This document shows, one piece after another, positions 1-8,949 of a stretch of 64,000 bases of DNA (position 1 is its first letter; each line of letters opens with the position of its first letter). Under the pieces are notes generated by a model that searched no databases, was not told the origin of the DNA, and saw only the letters and a program-made list of their open reading frames with translations. Origin of the DNA: an uncultured Rikenella sp. (GTDB taxonomy: Bacteria > Bacteroidota > Bacteroidia > Bacteroidales > VadinHA17); contig CAZUIF010000007.1 in NCBI GenBank assembly GCA_964621005.1, positions 89,955 through 153,954 on the forward strand, given 5' to 3'. The position numbers and the translations under genes are program-made.

Positions 1-3000
1 GACATTGGTTCCGGTCATCATACCTCCCTCGGGATCGAACTGAGGCCATTTGTCAAGGCTGAAGAGGTTGGTTGCAAAGACAGCAACGCTTGCGCCCTGG
101 AGTACTCTCGTCTTCTGGCAGAGTGAAGCAGGAAGCTCATACTCAAGACGCACCTCCTTGAATTTCAGGAACGAGGTCTCAAATGTATGTGCTTCGCCAT
201 TGTAGCGGTCCAGTGTTATAGCCTGGTAATATGTGTAGATGCTGCTTGTGACCGTGTTGTTTGGCTGGAATGTAGCTTCAGCTCCTGTCCCGGTCATATT
301 GACTCCTTCTGCAACAATACCGTCATAACGTCCTTCCAGTGAGTTCTTGAGCTTCCCCTGGTATGAAAGAATACCGTTTGTAACCGAGAACCTGTGGCCC
401 CCTACCTGGTATGAGAAGAGTGCACTGAGGGATAGGTTCTTGTACCTGAGTGAGGTACCGAAACCACCCCTGAAGTCAGGATTCACCTTCCCAAGGAAAT
501 GGTCAGCTGTTGCCTCCACTGAGGGGAGACCGGTTGTGGCATCAAGTATCACCTGCCCGGAGCAATCAACCTTGTTCCCTTCTTTGTCAGTATAGTATGA
601 GCCTTCCGGTGCCCTTTTCAGGGCGAAGCCGTAGAGCTGGTGCATCTCCTGGCCTACATATGAATAAACATGCAGCCTTCCGCCGATTGTTGTTCCCATA
701 TCGGTCTCGATAGGCTGAGACGGGTCTATCCTTTCATGAAGGCTGACAAGAGTGTTCTTGTTCTTGGCCCAGTTGAAGTTGACATCCCAGGTGAATTTGC
801 TTGTCTTTACCGGTGTGGCGTAAAGTGAAATCTCAATACCCTTGTTGTTTATCTCACCGGCGTTGATGTTCATCCCCCCTGCACCTGAAATCGGGTCAAC
901 ATCAAGCGAGATGATCTGGTTGGTGGTTGATGAGTTGTAAAGGGCAAGGTCAAGTCCCAGGCGGTTTCTGAAAAACTTTGTATCAAGCCCCAGCTCCCAG
1001 CTCTCAATGTTTTCAGGCTTGATCATCGGGTCAGGGATCACTGAAGGAAGCGAGTACCCGCCGCTTATTGAAGAAGCTGAATAATACTGGTCAAGTGAAT
1101 AGGGGCTGGTATCATTACCAACGTTGGCCCATGAAAGACGAAGCTTTGTGAAGGTGACAGCCGGCAGGTTAGTCCTGAAGTCAAACAGCTGGTCAACAAG
1201 AACACTCAGTGCCACAGAAGGATAGAAGTATGACCAGTTCTTCGGTGCCAGTGTGCTCGACCAGTCATTACGGCCGGTTATATCAAGGTAATATGTGTCC
1301 TTCCAGCCCATGTTGATAAACCCGTAAAGGCTGTTGATGGTCTTGTAACTCCTGTAGTTTGACGGATCAGGGTAAATGCCTGCCGGTACATTGGAGATAT
1401 GATACACTCCCTCAATGTCAAGTTCGTCAAGCTGGACGGTGTTGCTCCTGTACTGGGTGGTCATATTGTTACCTCCGAATGCGGTGGCTGTTGTCAGCCT
1501 TCCGTCAAAGAAGCTCTTCTCATACCTGAGGAGGAAGTCACTGTTGGCTTCAAAGTTTGTAAAGCCCTGCTCACGGTAGAATCCGTTTTCCCATCCGAAA
1601 GTCATCTTGGGTTTGCGCTGGGTGCGGAACTCATTAGAGAGGTCCATACCGGTTCTGAGGTCAAGGGTGAGTCCCTTGGCTATCTTGACCGTGAATCCCA
1701 TTGTTCCGAAGACCCTGTCCTTGTCGGTTGAGTTCAACTCCTCATAGAGAACCCTGTATGGGTTGTATGAGCCGGTTCCGGCGAAAACGAGGCTTCTTCC
1801 TCCCTCCGAGATGGTGGCATTCCTGTTCAGGGCAGTGAACCTGCCTTCAAAGTATTCGTTCCTCCAGTCGGCCATCGAGTTTGAATTGTATCCCCACATC
1901 AGGTCATACATTACTGTTGTCTGGTGGTAACCCGCCATCGGCATATTGTCACTGTCAGTGCGGTAGTAGTTTACCTTTGTCTTGAATTCGATCCACTTGT
2001 TCACCGGAGTCTCAAACGAGAATGCATAAGCCTGCTTCTGGAAGCCGGTGTTGGGAAGTATCCACTTGTTCCTGGTGTCAGTGACGGAGAAGCGGATGTT
2101 CTGCCCTTCGCCGTTACTGCCGCTGATCGCAACAGAGTTGTTGTATGTCACACCGTCCTGGAAAATGCCTGTGAACCAATCATCCTTATAAACGAACGGG
2201 GTCTTTACGATCTCGCCGGTCTCCCAGTTCTTTCCCTCATACTGATAGCGTAACTTGTCTGTGCTGAATTCCTCACCCCATGCATATCGCGAAAGGTTTC
2301 TCGGAGGAAAGTCTGTTGTGCCTACAAGGCTGGGATCAAGGGTCCAGAAGTTGTATTCGTTCAGACCCATGTCTGAACCTGATCCGTATTGTGTCTGAAA
2401 ATCAGGCCAGTAGCCTGCTCTTTCAACAACCACGGATGAATTGACAGTGACGCCTATCCCTTTGGAACGGCGGCCGGATTTTGTGGTGATAACAATTGCA
2501 CCGTTGGCAGCGCGTGATCCGTAGAGTGCAGTTGCTGCGGGGCCCTTCAGGATGGATACAGATTCAATATCATCGGGGTTGATGTCGCTTGCACCGTTAC
2601 CGTAGTCAACAGGGAAGTCAGACCCAGAGTTTGTGTAGCTGCTGCTTGATGAGGTGGCAGTGGTTCCTGATCTGACCGGGACACCGTCAACAATAAAGAG
2701 AGCCTCGTTCTTGCCGTAGTTCAGTGAGGCGTCGCCACGTAGGGTCACTCGCATAGAGGTTATAGGCCCGGTGCTGGCTCCCATTGTGGTGAGACCTGCA
2801 ACTTTGCCTGACATACCGTTCAGCCAGTTTATGTTGACAACCTGAGTCAGAGCCGCGTTATCCACCTTGGAAACTGCATAGCCCAGCGATTTCTCCTCAC
2901 GGGTAAGCCCCAGAGCCGTTACAACCACCGCCGAGACCTCGATAGCCTCCTCCTGCAGTGTCACGTTGATCACACTCTGGTTGCCAACGGGAATCTCCTG

Positions 3001-3255
3001 TTTTATGTAACCGAGAAACTGGACCTCCAGTACCGGGTTTGCGCCCGACACCCTGATGGAGTAGGCACCCCTGGCATCAGTACTTGTGCCTGTGGTGGTA
3101 CCCCTGAGCACCACGGTAGCCCCGAAAACCGGGGTGACACCGTCCGGCTCATACACCGTTCCTGTCACCTGCCTCTCCTGAGCCATCACCGGCAACATAA
3201 CCAGTGCCATCAGGAATGTGGCAAGGATAATCTTAAGATCTGGTTTGAATTTCAT
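1..3255 (-). CDS. SusC/RagA-family TonB-dependent outer-membrane receptor (C-terminal end runs off the window)
   Basis: The minus-strand frame is open from ATG (3255-3253) to position 1, 1085 codons. It is absent from the ORF track because no stop lies in the window. My translation begins MKFKPDLKIILATFLMALVMLPVMAQERQVTGTVYEPDG... (signal peptide plus CarboxypepD_reg-like domain). It continues ...LGLTREEKSLGYAVSKV...ALFIVDGVPV...ILKGPAAATALYGSRAANGAIVITTK (plug), which is typical of SusC proteins. Confidence 0.9.
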   Translation of the reverse strand, partial: MKFKPDLKIILATFLMALVMLPVMAQERQVTGTVYEPDGVTPVFGATVVLRGTTTGTSTDARGAYSIRVSGANPVLEVQFLGYIKQEIPVGNQSVINVTLQEEAIEVSAVVVTALGLTREEKSLGYAVSKVDNAALTQVVNINWLNGMSGKVAGLTTMGASTGPITSMRVTLRGDASLNYGKNEALFIVDGVPVRSGTTATSSSSSYTNSGSDFPVDYGNGASDINPDDIESVSILKGPAATALYGSRAANGAIVITTKSGRRSKGIGVTVNSSVVVERAGYWPDFQTQYGSGSDMGLNEYNFWTLDPSLVGTTDFPPRNLSRYAWGEEFSTDKLRYQYEGKNWETGEIVKTPFVYKDDWFTGIFQDGVTYNNSVAISGSNGEGQNIRFSVTDTRNKWILPNTGFQKQAYAFSFETPVNKWIEFKTKVNYYRTDSDNMPMAGYHQTTVMYDLMWGYNSNSMADWRNEYFEGRFTALNRNATISEGGRSLVFAGTGSYNPYRVLYEELNSTDKDRVFGTMGFTVKIAKGLTLDLRTGMDLSNEFRTQRKPKMTFGWENGFYREQGFTNFEANSDFLLRYEKSFFDGRLTTATAFGGNNMTTQYRSNTVQLDELDIEGVYHISNVPAGIYPDPSNYRSYKTINSLYGFINMGWKDTYYLDITGRNDWSSTLAPKNWSYFYPSVALSVLVDQLFDFRTNLPAVTFTKLRLSWANVGNDTSPYSLDQYYSASSISGGYSLPSVIPDPMIKPENIESWELGLDTKFFRNRLGLDLALYNSSTTNQIISLDVDPISGAGGMNINAGEINNKGIEISLYATPVKTSKFTWDVNFNWAKNKNTLVSLHERIDPSQPIETDMGTTIGGRLHVYSYVGQEMHQLYGFALKRAPEGSYYTDKEGNKVDCSGQVILDATTGLPSVEATADHFLGKVNPDFRGGFGTSLRYKNLSLSALFSYQVGGHRFSVTNGILSYQGKLKNSLEGRYDGIVAEGVNMTGTGAEATFQPNNTVTSSIYTYYQAITLDRYNGEAHTFETSFLKFKEVRLEYELPASLCQKTRVLQGASVAVFATNLFSLDKWPQFDPEGGMMTGTNV

Positions 3256-3289
3256 AGATTAGTGGTTTTAAGTTAGTTGTATATATAGT

Positions 3290-5254
3290 TTATTGCATTG
3301 TCCATGTGAATTCCTTGGGTCTGGCCATCGTCTCGGTATATGTCCTTCCGAACCTGTCGGTAACTTTTATCTCAAGGGTTGAGGTGGCTGATGATGCACG
3401 TACCCTGAACATATGTGAGGTATTGCCGGTCACGAATGAACTTGTGGGTACCGCACCAACATTGAGTCTTTTTGCTTCGTACGATATTATATGAAGCGGA
3501 TCCTTTGCCGTCACTCTTTCCACAGGCAGGGATGTTCCGCCCTCGGTGACCTCCACAGTCCAGTCGGGATCATATCCCCAGACATTTATAAGCACATCAT
3601 TGACTGCGTTTGGAGTGGCATATACACCGGCATATTCCGCAAGGGCCGCGTCAGTTGAGTTAGGTGCAAATGCTGCAGCGGTGATAACCACCTTGTTGAG
3701 GTCATAACTCCTGAACTGGTAGGTGGCCGGCTTGCCGATACTCTTGTAATGCCATTTGATGTCCTTACCGTTCATCTCCCAGACGCCGTAACCTCCCGGA
3801 CTGCCATCCTTGCAGATGTGGTTATTGGCATAGCCGGTCTTGCCTGTCCACCACCAGGTGGCGCTGACGGCGGCAGTGTTGTGCTCCATGACGGCACCTG
3901 CATCAATCGTGTAGTTTATATGGGTGTGGCCGCTGACAAAATGGACATTGTCAAAATCCTGCACCAGGCTCTGCAATGTGCTTCCGTTGTTGAGTACAAC
4001 GGTGTTCACCTGTTCCCCTGAGGTGTTGAGTGATGGGTTGCCGTAAAGGGGTGAATGGATAAAAATAACCAGCGGTGTGCTCTTGTCCGTTACTGTCGCA
4101 AGATCCTTCGCCAGCCAGGCAGTCTGTGCCGCAACAACAATATCGCTGTAATTCCGGTCACCGATTACTCCCTGGGCACCGCCCGTATTGATGTACTGGA
4201 TGTCATCAAGCAGCACATAGTGAACCTGCCCGAGGTTAAATGAGTAATATGTGGGACCGATCAGCTCCCTGAAGGGTGTTTCCGGAGGTATGTCTCCCTG
4301 AACGTACGGGTCATTGTCATGGTTGCCCATCATGTTGAACATCGGGCAGTTGATCTTCTTCATCTCGACCAGGTACTTATCGAGGCGGAAGTCGTTCTCA
4401 TACCAGTAGGCATCCCATGTCATGTCGCCCATCGCCACACCGTAGACTTTCTTTCCGGCCGCGGAGTATGCGCTTATTGAGGCATTCACGTCCGGAAGGA
4501 ACCCGTTGCTGAACTGTGACAGGTCATCATTCCGGTTCGCCAGGTGCCAGTCAGTCATGGCAAGCACAACATGGTTGCTGTTGTCTGAGCGCACAAGCGC
4601 GAAGTCGTTCTGCTCAACCGAACTGCCTCCGGCCAGCCTCCTGAAAAACTGCGGGATGTTGTCGCTGACAGCGATCTCATAGTTCCCGGGAAGGGAGATG
4701 AACACGAATTTGTTCAGTTTGGCGGAGGGGAGATAATAGATTCCCTCGCTGTCAGTGACAGTCACCTCGACGCCGTCGGAGACAACCACATCCGGGACTC
4801 CTTCTCCGTCACATGACACGACCCCCTTGAGTGTCATTCCGGGTTTGTCAGGTATCGTGTTGTTTGCAATTACATTGACTGTTACGGTCCCCAGCACCAT
4901 GCTTTCATCACCACGTTTCACCGTGAGCCTGTAGGTGCCGGAAGGCATCCCTGCGGGGAGCGTGAAAGTGGCGCTCTGGGCGGTCACCGATGTCACAGTT
5001 GCAGTATAAACCTTGCCGGCATCGGTGGTAAGGACAAACACTATCTGATCATTGACGGCAAAGCCGCTTCCTGTAAGTATTATCTCCCCGCCGGTCTGAA
5101 TATTCAGGCTTGCGGGTATCGAGACACCGGTAATTTTCAGTCCCTCATCAACAGGTGGCGGCGGTTCTTCCTTACAGCCCGTGCACGCGGCAAGCGCCGC
5201 TATAAAAATCAGTAAGAACAATTTTCTTATTTCCGGCATGCAATCTCCTTTCAT
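3290..5254 (-). CDS. Calcineurin-like metallophosphoesterase lipoprotein with an N-terminal Ig-like (IPT/TIG-type) region
   Basis: 654-aa ORF. The signal peptide and lipobox read ...FIAALAACTGC. Metallophosphatase motifs are present (LAMTDWH, GDMTWD, MMGNHDND, SGHTH). It lies 34 nt upstream of SusC in the same orientation. Confidence 0.8.
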   Translation of the reverse strand: MKGDCMPEIRKLFLLIFIAALAACTGCKEEPPPPVDEGLKITGVSIPASLNIQTGGEIILTGSGFAVNDQIVFVLTTDAGKVYTATVTSVTAQSATFTLPAGMPSGTYRLTVKRGDESMVLGTVTVNVIANNTIPDKPGMTLKGVVSCDGEGVPDVVVSDGVEVTVTDSEGIYYLPSAKLNKFVFISLPGNYEIAVSDNIPQFFRRLAGGSSVEQNDFALVRSDNSNHVVLAMTDWHLANRNDDLSQFSNGFLPDVNASISAYSAAGKKVYGVAMGDMTWDAYWYENDFRLDKYLVEMKKINCPMFNMMGNHDNDPYVQGDIPPETPFRELIGPTYYSFNLGQVHYVLLDDIQYINTGGAQGVIGDRNYSDIVVAAQTAWLAKDLATVTDKSTPLVIFIHSPLYGNPSLNTSGEQVNTVVLNNGSTLQSLVQDFDNVHFVSGHTHINYTIDAGAVMEHNTAAVSATWWWTGKTGYANNHICKDGSPGGYGVWEMNGKDIKWHYKSIGKPATYQFRSYDLNKVVITAAAFAPNSTDAALAEYAGVYATPNAVNDVLINVWGYDPDWTVEVTEGGTSLPVERVTAKDPLHIISYEAKRLNVGAVPTSSFVTGNTSHMFRVRASSATSTLEIKVTDRFGRTYTETMARPKEFTWTMQ

Positions 5255-5260
5255 TTCAGT

Positions 5261-6445
5261 TTACAGGTTATATCCCAGGTCTGTCAGTATCTCCTGCGGC
5301 CTCTTCTCAGTGCTGCAGGTACGAACCTTGCGGGCGTAATAAAACTCTATCGTCAGATCGGAACGGTTAGTGATCATCCCGTCGGCAAGGGGCGATGCTT
5401 TCTTCCCTTCCCCGGGGCCGAAGTATTTTTCCATCTGTTCCACAGTATTGATCGAATAGATGTTTGCCTTCAGTCCTGCAGCATGTATCTTCTCTGCAAA
5501 GGCAGGGGCGAGGCCGTCATTTTCCTCACCCAGGTTGGTGCCGATGAACTGGGCTCCGCACTCACGTGCGAAAGCTACTATGCTGTCAGTCACCGTCTCC
5601 TGTGCAAACAGGTTGGTCTTCGGATTGCTCACCAGGAAGCTGGCAGGCACCTGTTCGCGGAATACCCTTTTAAGGTTCATCATCCCGTTCTGCGAGAATG
5701 ACTGAACTAGGATTTTCCCCCTTGTGTTGCCCACATTCACCCTGTCGCCTTTCAGGAAGGGCTCCTCTGCAGACGGAATTGTACCCTCAAGCGGGTTCCA
5801 TCCGATCCTTTTGAGCTCATCGTATACCTGTTCCTCGATCTGCGGGTATTCATCAGGTATCTTGAACTCGATATATACTCCGGGCCTGTGGCCGTTGTCA
5901 GCAGAGTCTGCCTCATACTCAAAGTGATATACGCCTGCTTCGTCCCTTGACCAGGCACGGCTGCCGTCAGCATTCCGCTTAATGCGCTTCCCTTCTGCAA
6001 TGCGGAAGACATCCTCAAATACGAGGACGTTCTGCCCGATGAAGCTCTGGCGGGCCTGATCAGGATTTTTTGTGTTGAATGCGCTGCCGTTATCGAGCTG
6101 CATGATCTCCTCAAGGGTGAAGCTGCCAACCGGGTCTGCTTCCCTTCCCGGGAATTTCATTGCCACATCAGTGGTGCGCCTGAAGGTCTTGTCATGCATT
6201 ATGATGAGCACACTGTCCTTCGAACGCTGTACGTCGAGCTCCACATAGTCGGCACCGGTGTTGCGCGCCCACCTGAAGGCAGCCTCGGTAAGCTCGGGTG
6301 CCCAGTAGATGGTCCCGCGGTGCGCTATGACCGCATTGTCAGGCATGTAGTCCTGAACACCTCCTGTTGCAGGTGTCTTGTTCCCGGCACAGCCGGCCAG
6401 CACGGCGGTTGTAAGAGCCGTAAAAAACAGTAATCTCTTTTTCAT
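5261..6445 (-). CDS. glpQ: Glycerophosphodiester phosphodiesterase (GDPD family) lipoprotein
   Basis: 394-aa ORF with lipobox LAGC. The GDPD signature is IAHRGTIYWAPELTEAAFRWARNTGADYVELDVQRSKDSVLIIMHD. A 6-nt gap separates it from the next gene. Confidence 0.85.
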   Translation of the reverse strand: MKKRLLFFTALTTAVLAGCAGNKTPATGGVQDYMPDNAVIAHRGTIYWAPELTEAAFRWARNTGADYVELDVQRSKDSVLIIMHDKTFRRTTDVAMKFPGREADPVGSFTLEEIMQLDNGSAFNTKNPDQARQSFIGQNVLVFEDVFRIAEGKRIKRNADGSRAWSRDEAGVYHFEYEADSADNGHRPGVYIEFKIPDEYPQIEEQVYDELKRIGWNPLEGTIPSAEEPFLKGDRVNVGNTRGKILVQSFSQNGMMNLKRVFREQVPASFLVSNPKTNLFAQETVTDSIVAFARECGAQFIGTNLGEENDGLAPAFAEKIHAAGLKANIYSINTVEQMEKYFGPGEGKKASPLADGMITNRSDLTIEFYYARKVRTCSTEKRPQEILTDLGYNL

Positions 6446-6454
6446 ATTGACTGA

Positions 6455-7384
6455 TCATTTGGGGTTTGCTATGTTCTGCCTTATCTTCCACTCTTCAGTA
6501 TGGAACCTTACCTTCGGATCCCTCACATCATTGCAGCGCACAATAAGTGCACCTTCCTTTTCCCAGTATGATTTTACCGTATGGCCGCTCATGGGGCCGT
6601 CTTCCGGTCCGCGGACGGTGATGTCATCGGGATTTACGACTATCTTCAGCCCGGCCGACTCATTCAGCATGTCCATGTCACCGCGGCTGTTGCCTCCCAC
6701 TATCAGCGGTTTTGCCTTGATGAATGTCTCAATGGTATGGGCCTTGCCGTCATCCTGCGGGATGGGAGGGATAATCTCACCGGTGGTCACACCTTCCTTG
6801 ACAACACACTTTGCACCAAGCACATTTGTTACGGGGATTCCATATTCCTCGGCAACGAACTTCTGGTAGAGAAACTCCGGTGAGGCTGTAAGGATATATA
6901 CTTCAAAACCGTACTCCCTGAGGTTTGCCACAAGCTGCTTCATTTCAGGATAGGTTTTATTCCTGTACGACTCCCTGTAGCATTCATAACCGATCATCTC
7001 GATTTCCTCAGGGGAAAGTCCTGCCAGGAAGTGTACCCTGTCCTCGACGTATGGTTTCCCGACGTTGTTCCCGTCTTTTACCATGCGGTCAAGAATCTTC
7101 AGTTTTTCCTTTGCCTCCTTGTCCTTTCTCTCTTTCAGGACCACATCAGCATAACGGTACAGAGCTTCGTCAGCAAGGTAATAGGGGACCTGCCCGAAGG
7201 TGGTGCCGTCACTGTCAAACACGGCAACTTTCCTGACATTCATGGTGATTGTAGAGTTCAGGAAATCTTCGATCCTGTCATTTGTTTCCTGCGGCCATCC
7301 TGATATGTTCCTGTAGGTCTGCCCGCTGAGAGTGAAGGTGAGGCAGAAGGCCGCTATAAAAAGGGTAAGTGTCTGTCGCTTCAT
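6455..7384 (-). CDS. Exported HAD-superfamily (subfamily IB-like) phosphatase
   Basis: I chose the internal Met (MKRQTLTLFIAAFCLTFTLSGQ..., signal peptide) because the longer ORF-track start (7495) would overlap glpT. The HAD motif I is VAVFDSDGTTF. Later motifs are ILTASPEF and GGNSRGDMDML. Confidence 0.75.
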   Translation of the reverse strand: MKRQTLTLFIAAFCLTFTLSGQTYRNISGWPQETNDRIEDFLNSTITMNVRKVAVFDSDGTTFGQVPYYLADEALYRYADVVLKERKDKEAKEKLKILDRMVKDGNNVGKPYVEDRVHFLAGLSPEEIEMIGYECYRESYRNKTYPEMKQLVANLREYGFEVYILTASPEFLYQKFVAEEYGIPVTNVLGAKCVVKEGVTTGEIIPPIPQDDGKAHTIETFIKAKPLIVGGNSRGDMDMLNESAGLKIVVNPDDITVRGPEDGPMSGHTVKSYWEKEGALIVRCNDVRDPKVRFHTEEWKIRQNIANPK

Positions 7385-7386
7385 TA

Positions 7387-8847
7387 TTATCTTGTATTTC
7401 CGATGTAGGATTCCTTTTCTTTTTTCCATGTTGTTGCCGAGAAGACTGCTGCAAGGATGCTGGCAGCAATGAAGATCCAGAAGGTGGCTCCCCATCCGAG
7501 GCTTACGTTGTCGGCCACGGCCCCTATAAGCACCTTTGAGAGGAGGGCGTCACCAATCAGGTATCCGAACAGGCCGACGAAGCCGGCTGCTGTCCCTGCC
7601 GCATTCTTGGGAACGAGGTTTACAGCCTGCACACCTATCAGTGCAACGGGTCCGTAGATGAAGAATCCGATGGCGATCAGTGCTGAGTATACAACGGTTA
7701 CCCTTGTGGCATCCGGATCGGTGCCCAGGGCATTGGTGAAGAATGATGCCACCGGCAATGCTTTCCAGTAGAGCAGCACGCTAAGCAGCACCAGCACCAT
7801 GTATATCACATTGGCGGGGGCGCATCTGCCCTTGAATACTTTTGATGAGATCCAGCCAATGAGGATCATTCCCGGAACGCCTGCATAGTTGTGAAGTGAG
7901 AATGCCATCTTGCTCTGCTCGCTGGTGAGCAGGCCGGCCTCTTCACAGTATGTCGGAGCCCAGTCGCCGATGCCGTACCTTATCAGGTAAACGAAGACGT
8001 TTGCCAGTGCTATCAGCCAGAGGATCCTGTTCTTGAATATATATTTCATGAAGAGCTCCTTTGCAGGGATTTTTTTGTCGGAGCTCATCTCCTTCTGTAC
8101 CGGGATGTCATTCCTGTACTTGTCTATGGCCGGGAGGCCGCACGACTGCGGGGTGTCTCTCAGTGCCCACCAGCAGAACAGTGCCAGCAGGAGAGCCACA
8201 GCGCTGGGAAAAACGAAGACGGCCCTCCAGCTCTGCTCAACCATAACTCCTCCGCCGATGTCGGCCACGAACAGCCCGCCAATGAGCAGTGTTCCCCAGG
8301 CTGCCAGGTTGCCCATCAGGCCACTTCCCACCGTGTGAGAGGTATTCCATATCCCCATCTTGAAGCTTCTCTCGTTATGCGAGAACCAGTGTACCATGAT
8401 GCGGCCGCATGGGGGCCATCCCATGCCTGAGAGCCACCCGATCATCAGCATAATGACGAAGATTATCCAGACAGCGCTTGTGGCGAAGGAGAATAGGCCG
8501 ACTGACATCATCAGGGCCGCGGACAGGATAAGGCCAATGACCAGGAACTTCCGGGCGTCAGACCTGTCAGAGAGTGCACCCATCAGAAATTTGCTGAATG
8601 CATAGGCAATCGATATCGCCGAGAGCGCAATACCCAGCTCCAGCTTCGTGTAGCCCAGTCCCCCGTTTTCAACCGGCTGTATCATTCCGGGTATCGCCAG
8701 AGCCAGGTTCTTCCGTACGAGGTAGTACGCGGCATACCCGATAAAGGCTCCCATAAAGACCTGGAGTCTCAGTCGCTTATAGGTTTTGTCAATCTTTTCC
8801 TCCGGGATCGGTTCCCGGTAAGGCGGTGGTTTAAGAAAGTTTATCAT
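7387..8847 (-). CDS. glpT: Glycerol-3-phosphate transporter (MFS organophosphate:Pi antiporter family)
   Basis: The 486-aa ORF is nearly colinear with E. coli GlpT as I remember it. Shared stretches include FKPPPY...IDKTYKRLRLQVFMGAFIGYAAYYLVRKN, GWPPCGRIMVHWFS, MRDTPQSCGLP and PKNAAGTAAGFVGLFGYL. Confidence 0.92.
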   Translation of the reverse strand: MINFLKPPPYREPIPEEKIDKTYKRLRLQVFMGAFIGYAAYYLVRKNLALAIPGMIQPVENGGLGYTKLELGIALSAISIAYAFSKFLMGALSDRSDARKFLVIGLILSAALMMSVGLFSFATSAVWIIFVIMLMIGWLSGMGWPPCGRIMVHWFSHNERSFKMGIWNTSHTVGSGLMGNLAAWGTLLIGGLFVADIGGGVMVEQSWRAVFVFPSAVALLLALFCWWALRDTPQSCGLPAIDKYRNDIPVQKEMSSDKKIPAKELFMKYIFKNRILWLIALANVFVYLIRYGIGDWAPTYCEEAGLLTSEQSKMAFSLHNYAGVPGMILIGWISSKVFKGRCAPANVIYMVLVLLSVLLYWKALPVASFFTNALGTDPDATRVTVVYSALIAIGFFIYGPVALIGVQAVNLVPKNAAGTAAGFVGLFGYLIGDALLSKVLIGAVADNVSLGWGATFWIFIAASILAAVFSATTWKKEKESYIGNTR

Positions 8848-8949
8848 CTGTGCTCTGTTTGTCAGGTTGCTCTTTAAGGTTTTCAGCGGGCAAATATTGA
8901 GTTTCTTTCTTTCGGGGATGTTTCTTTAACATTAATTAATTGTTACAGT

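Noticed and set aside
7385-7495. An N-terminal extension of the HAD phosphatase ORF (start at 7495).
   Set aside because: It would overlap the glpT 3' end by about 110 nt and put 37 non-signal residues in front of an obvious signal peptide. The internal Met at 7384 is preferred.
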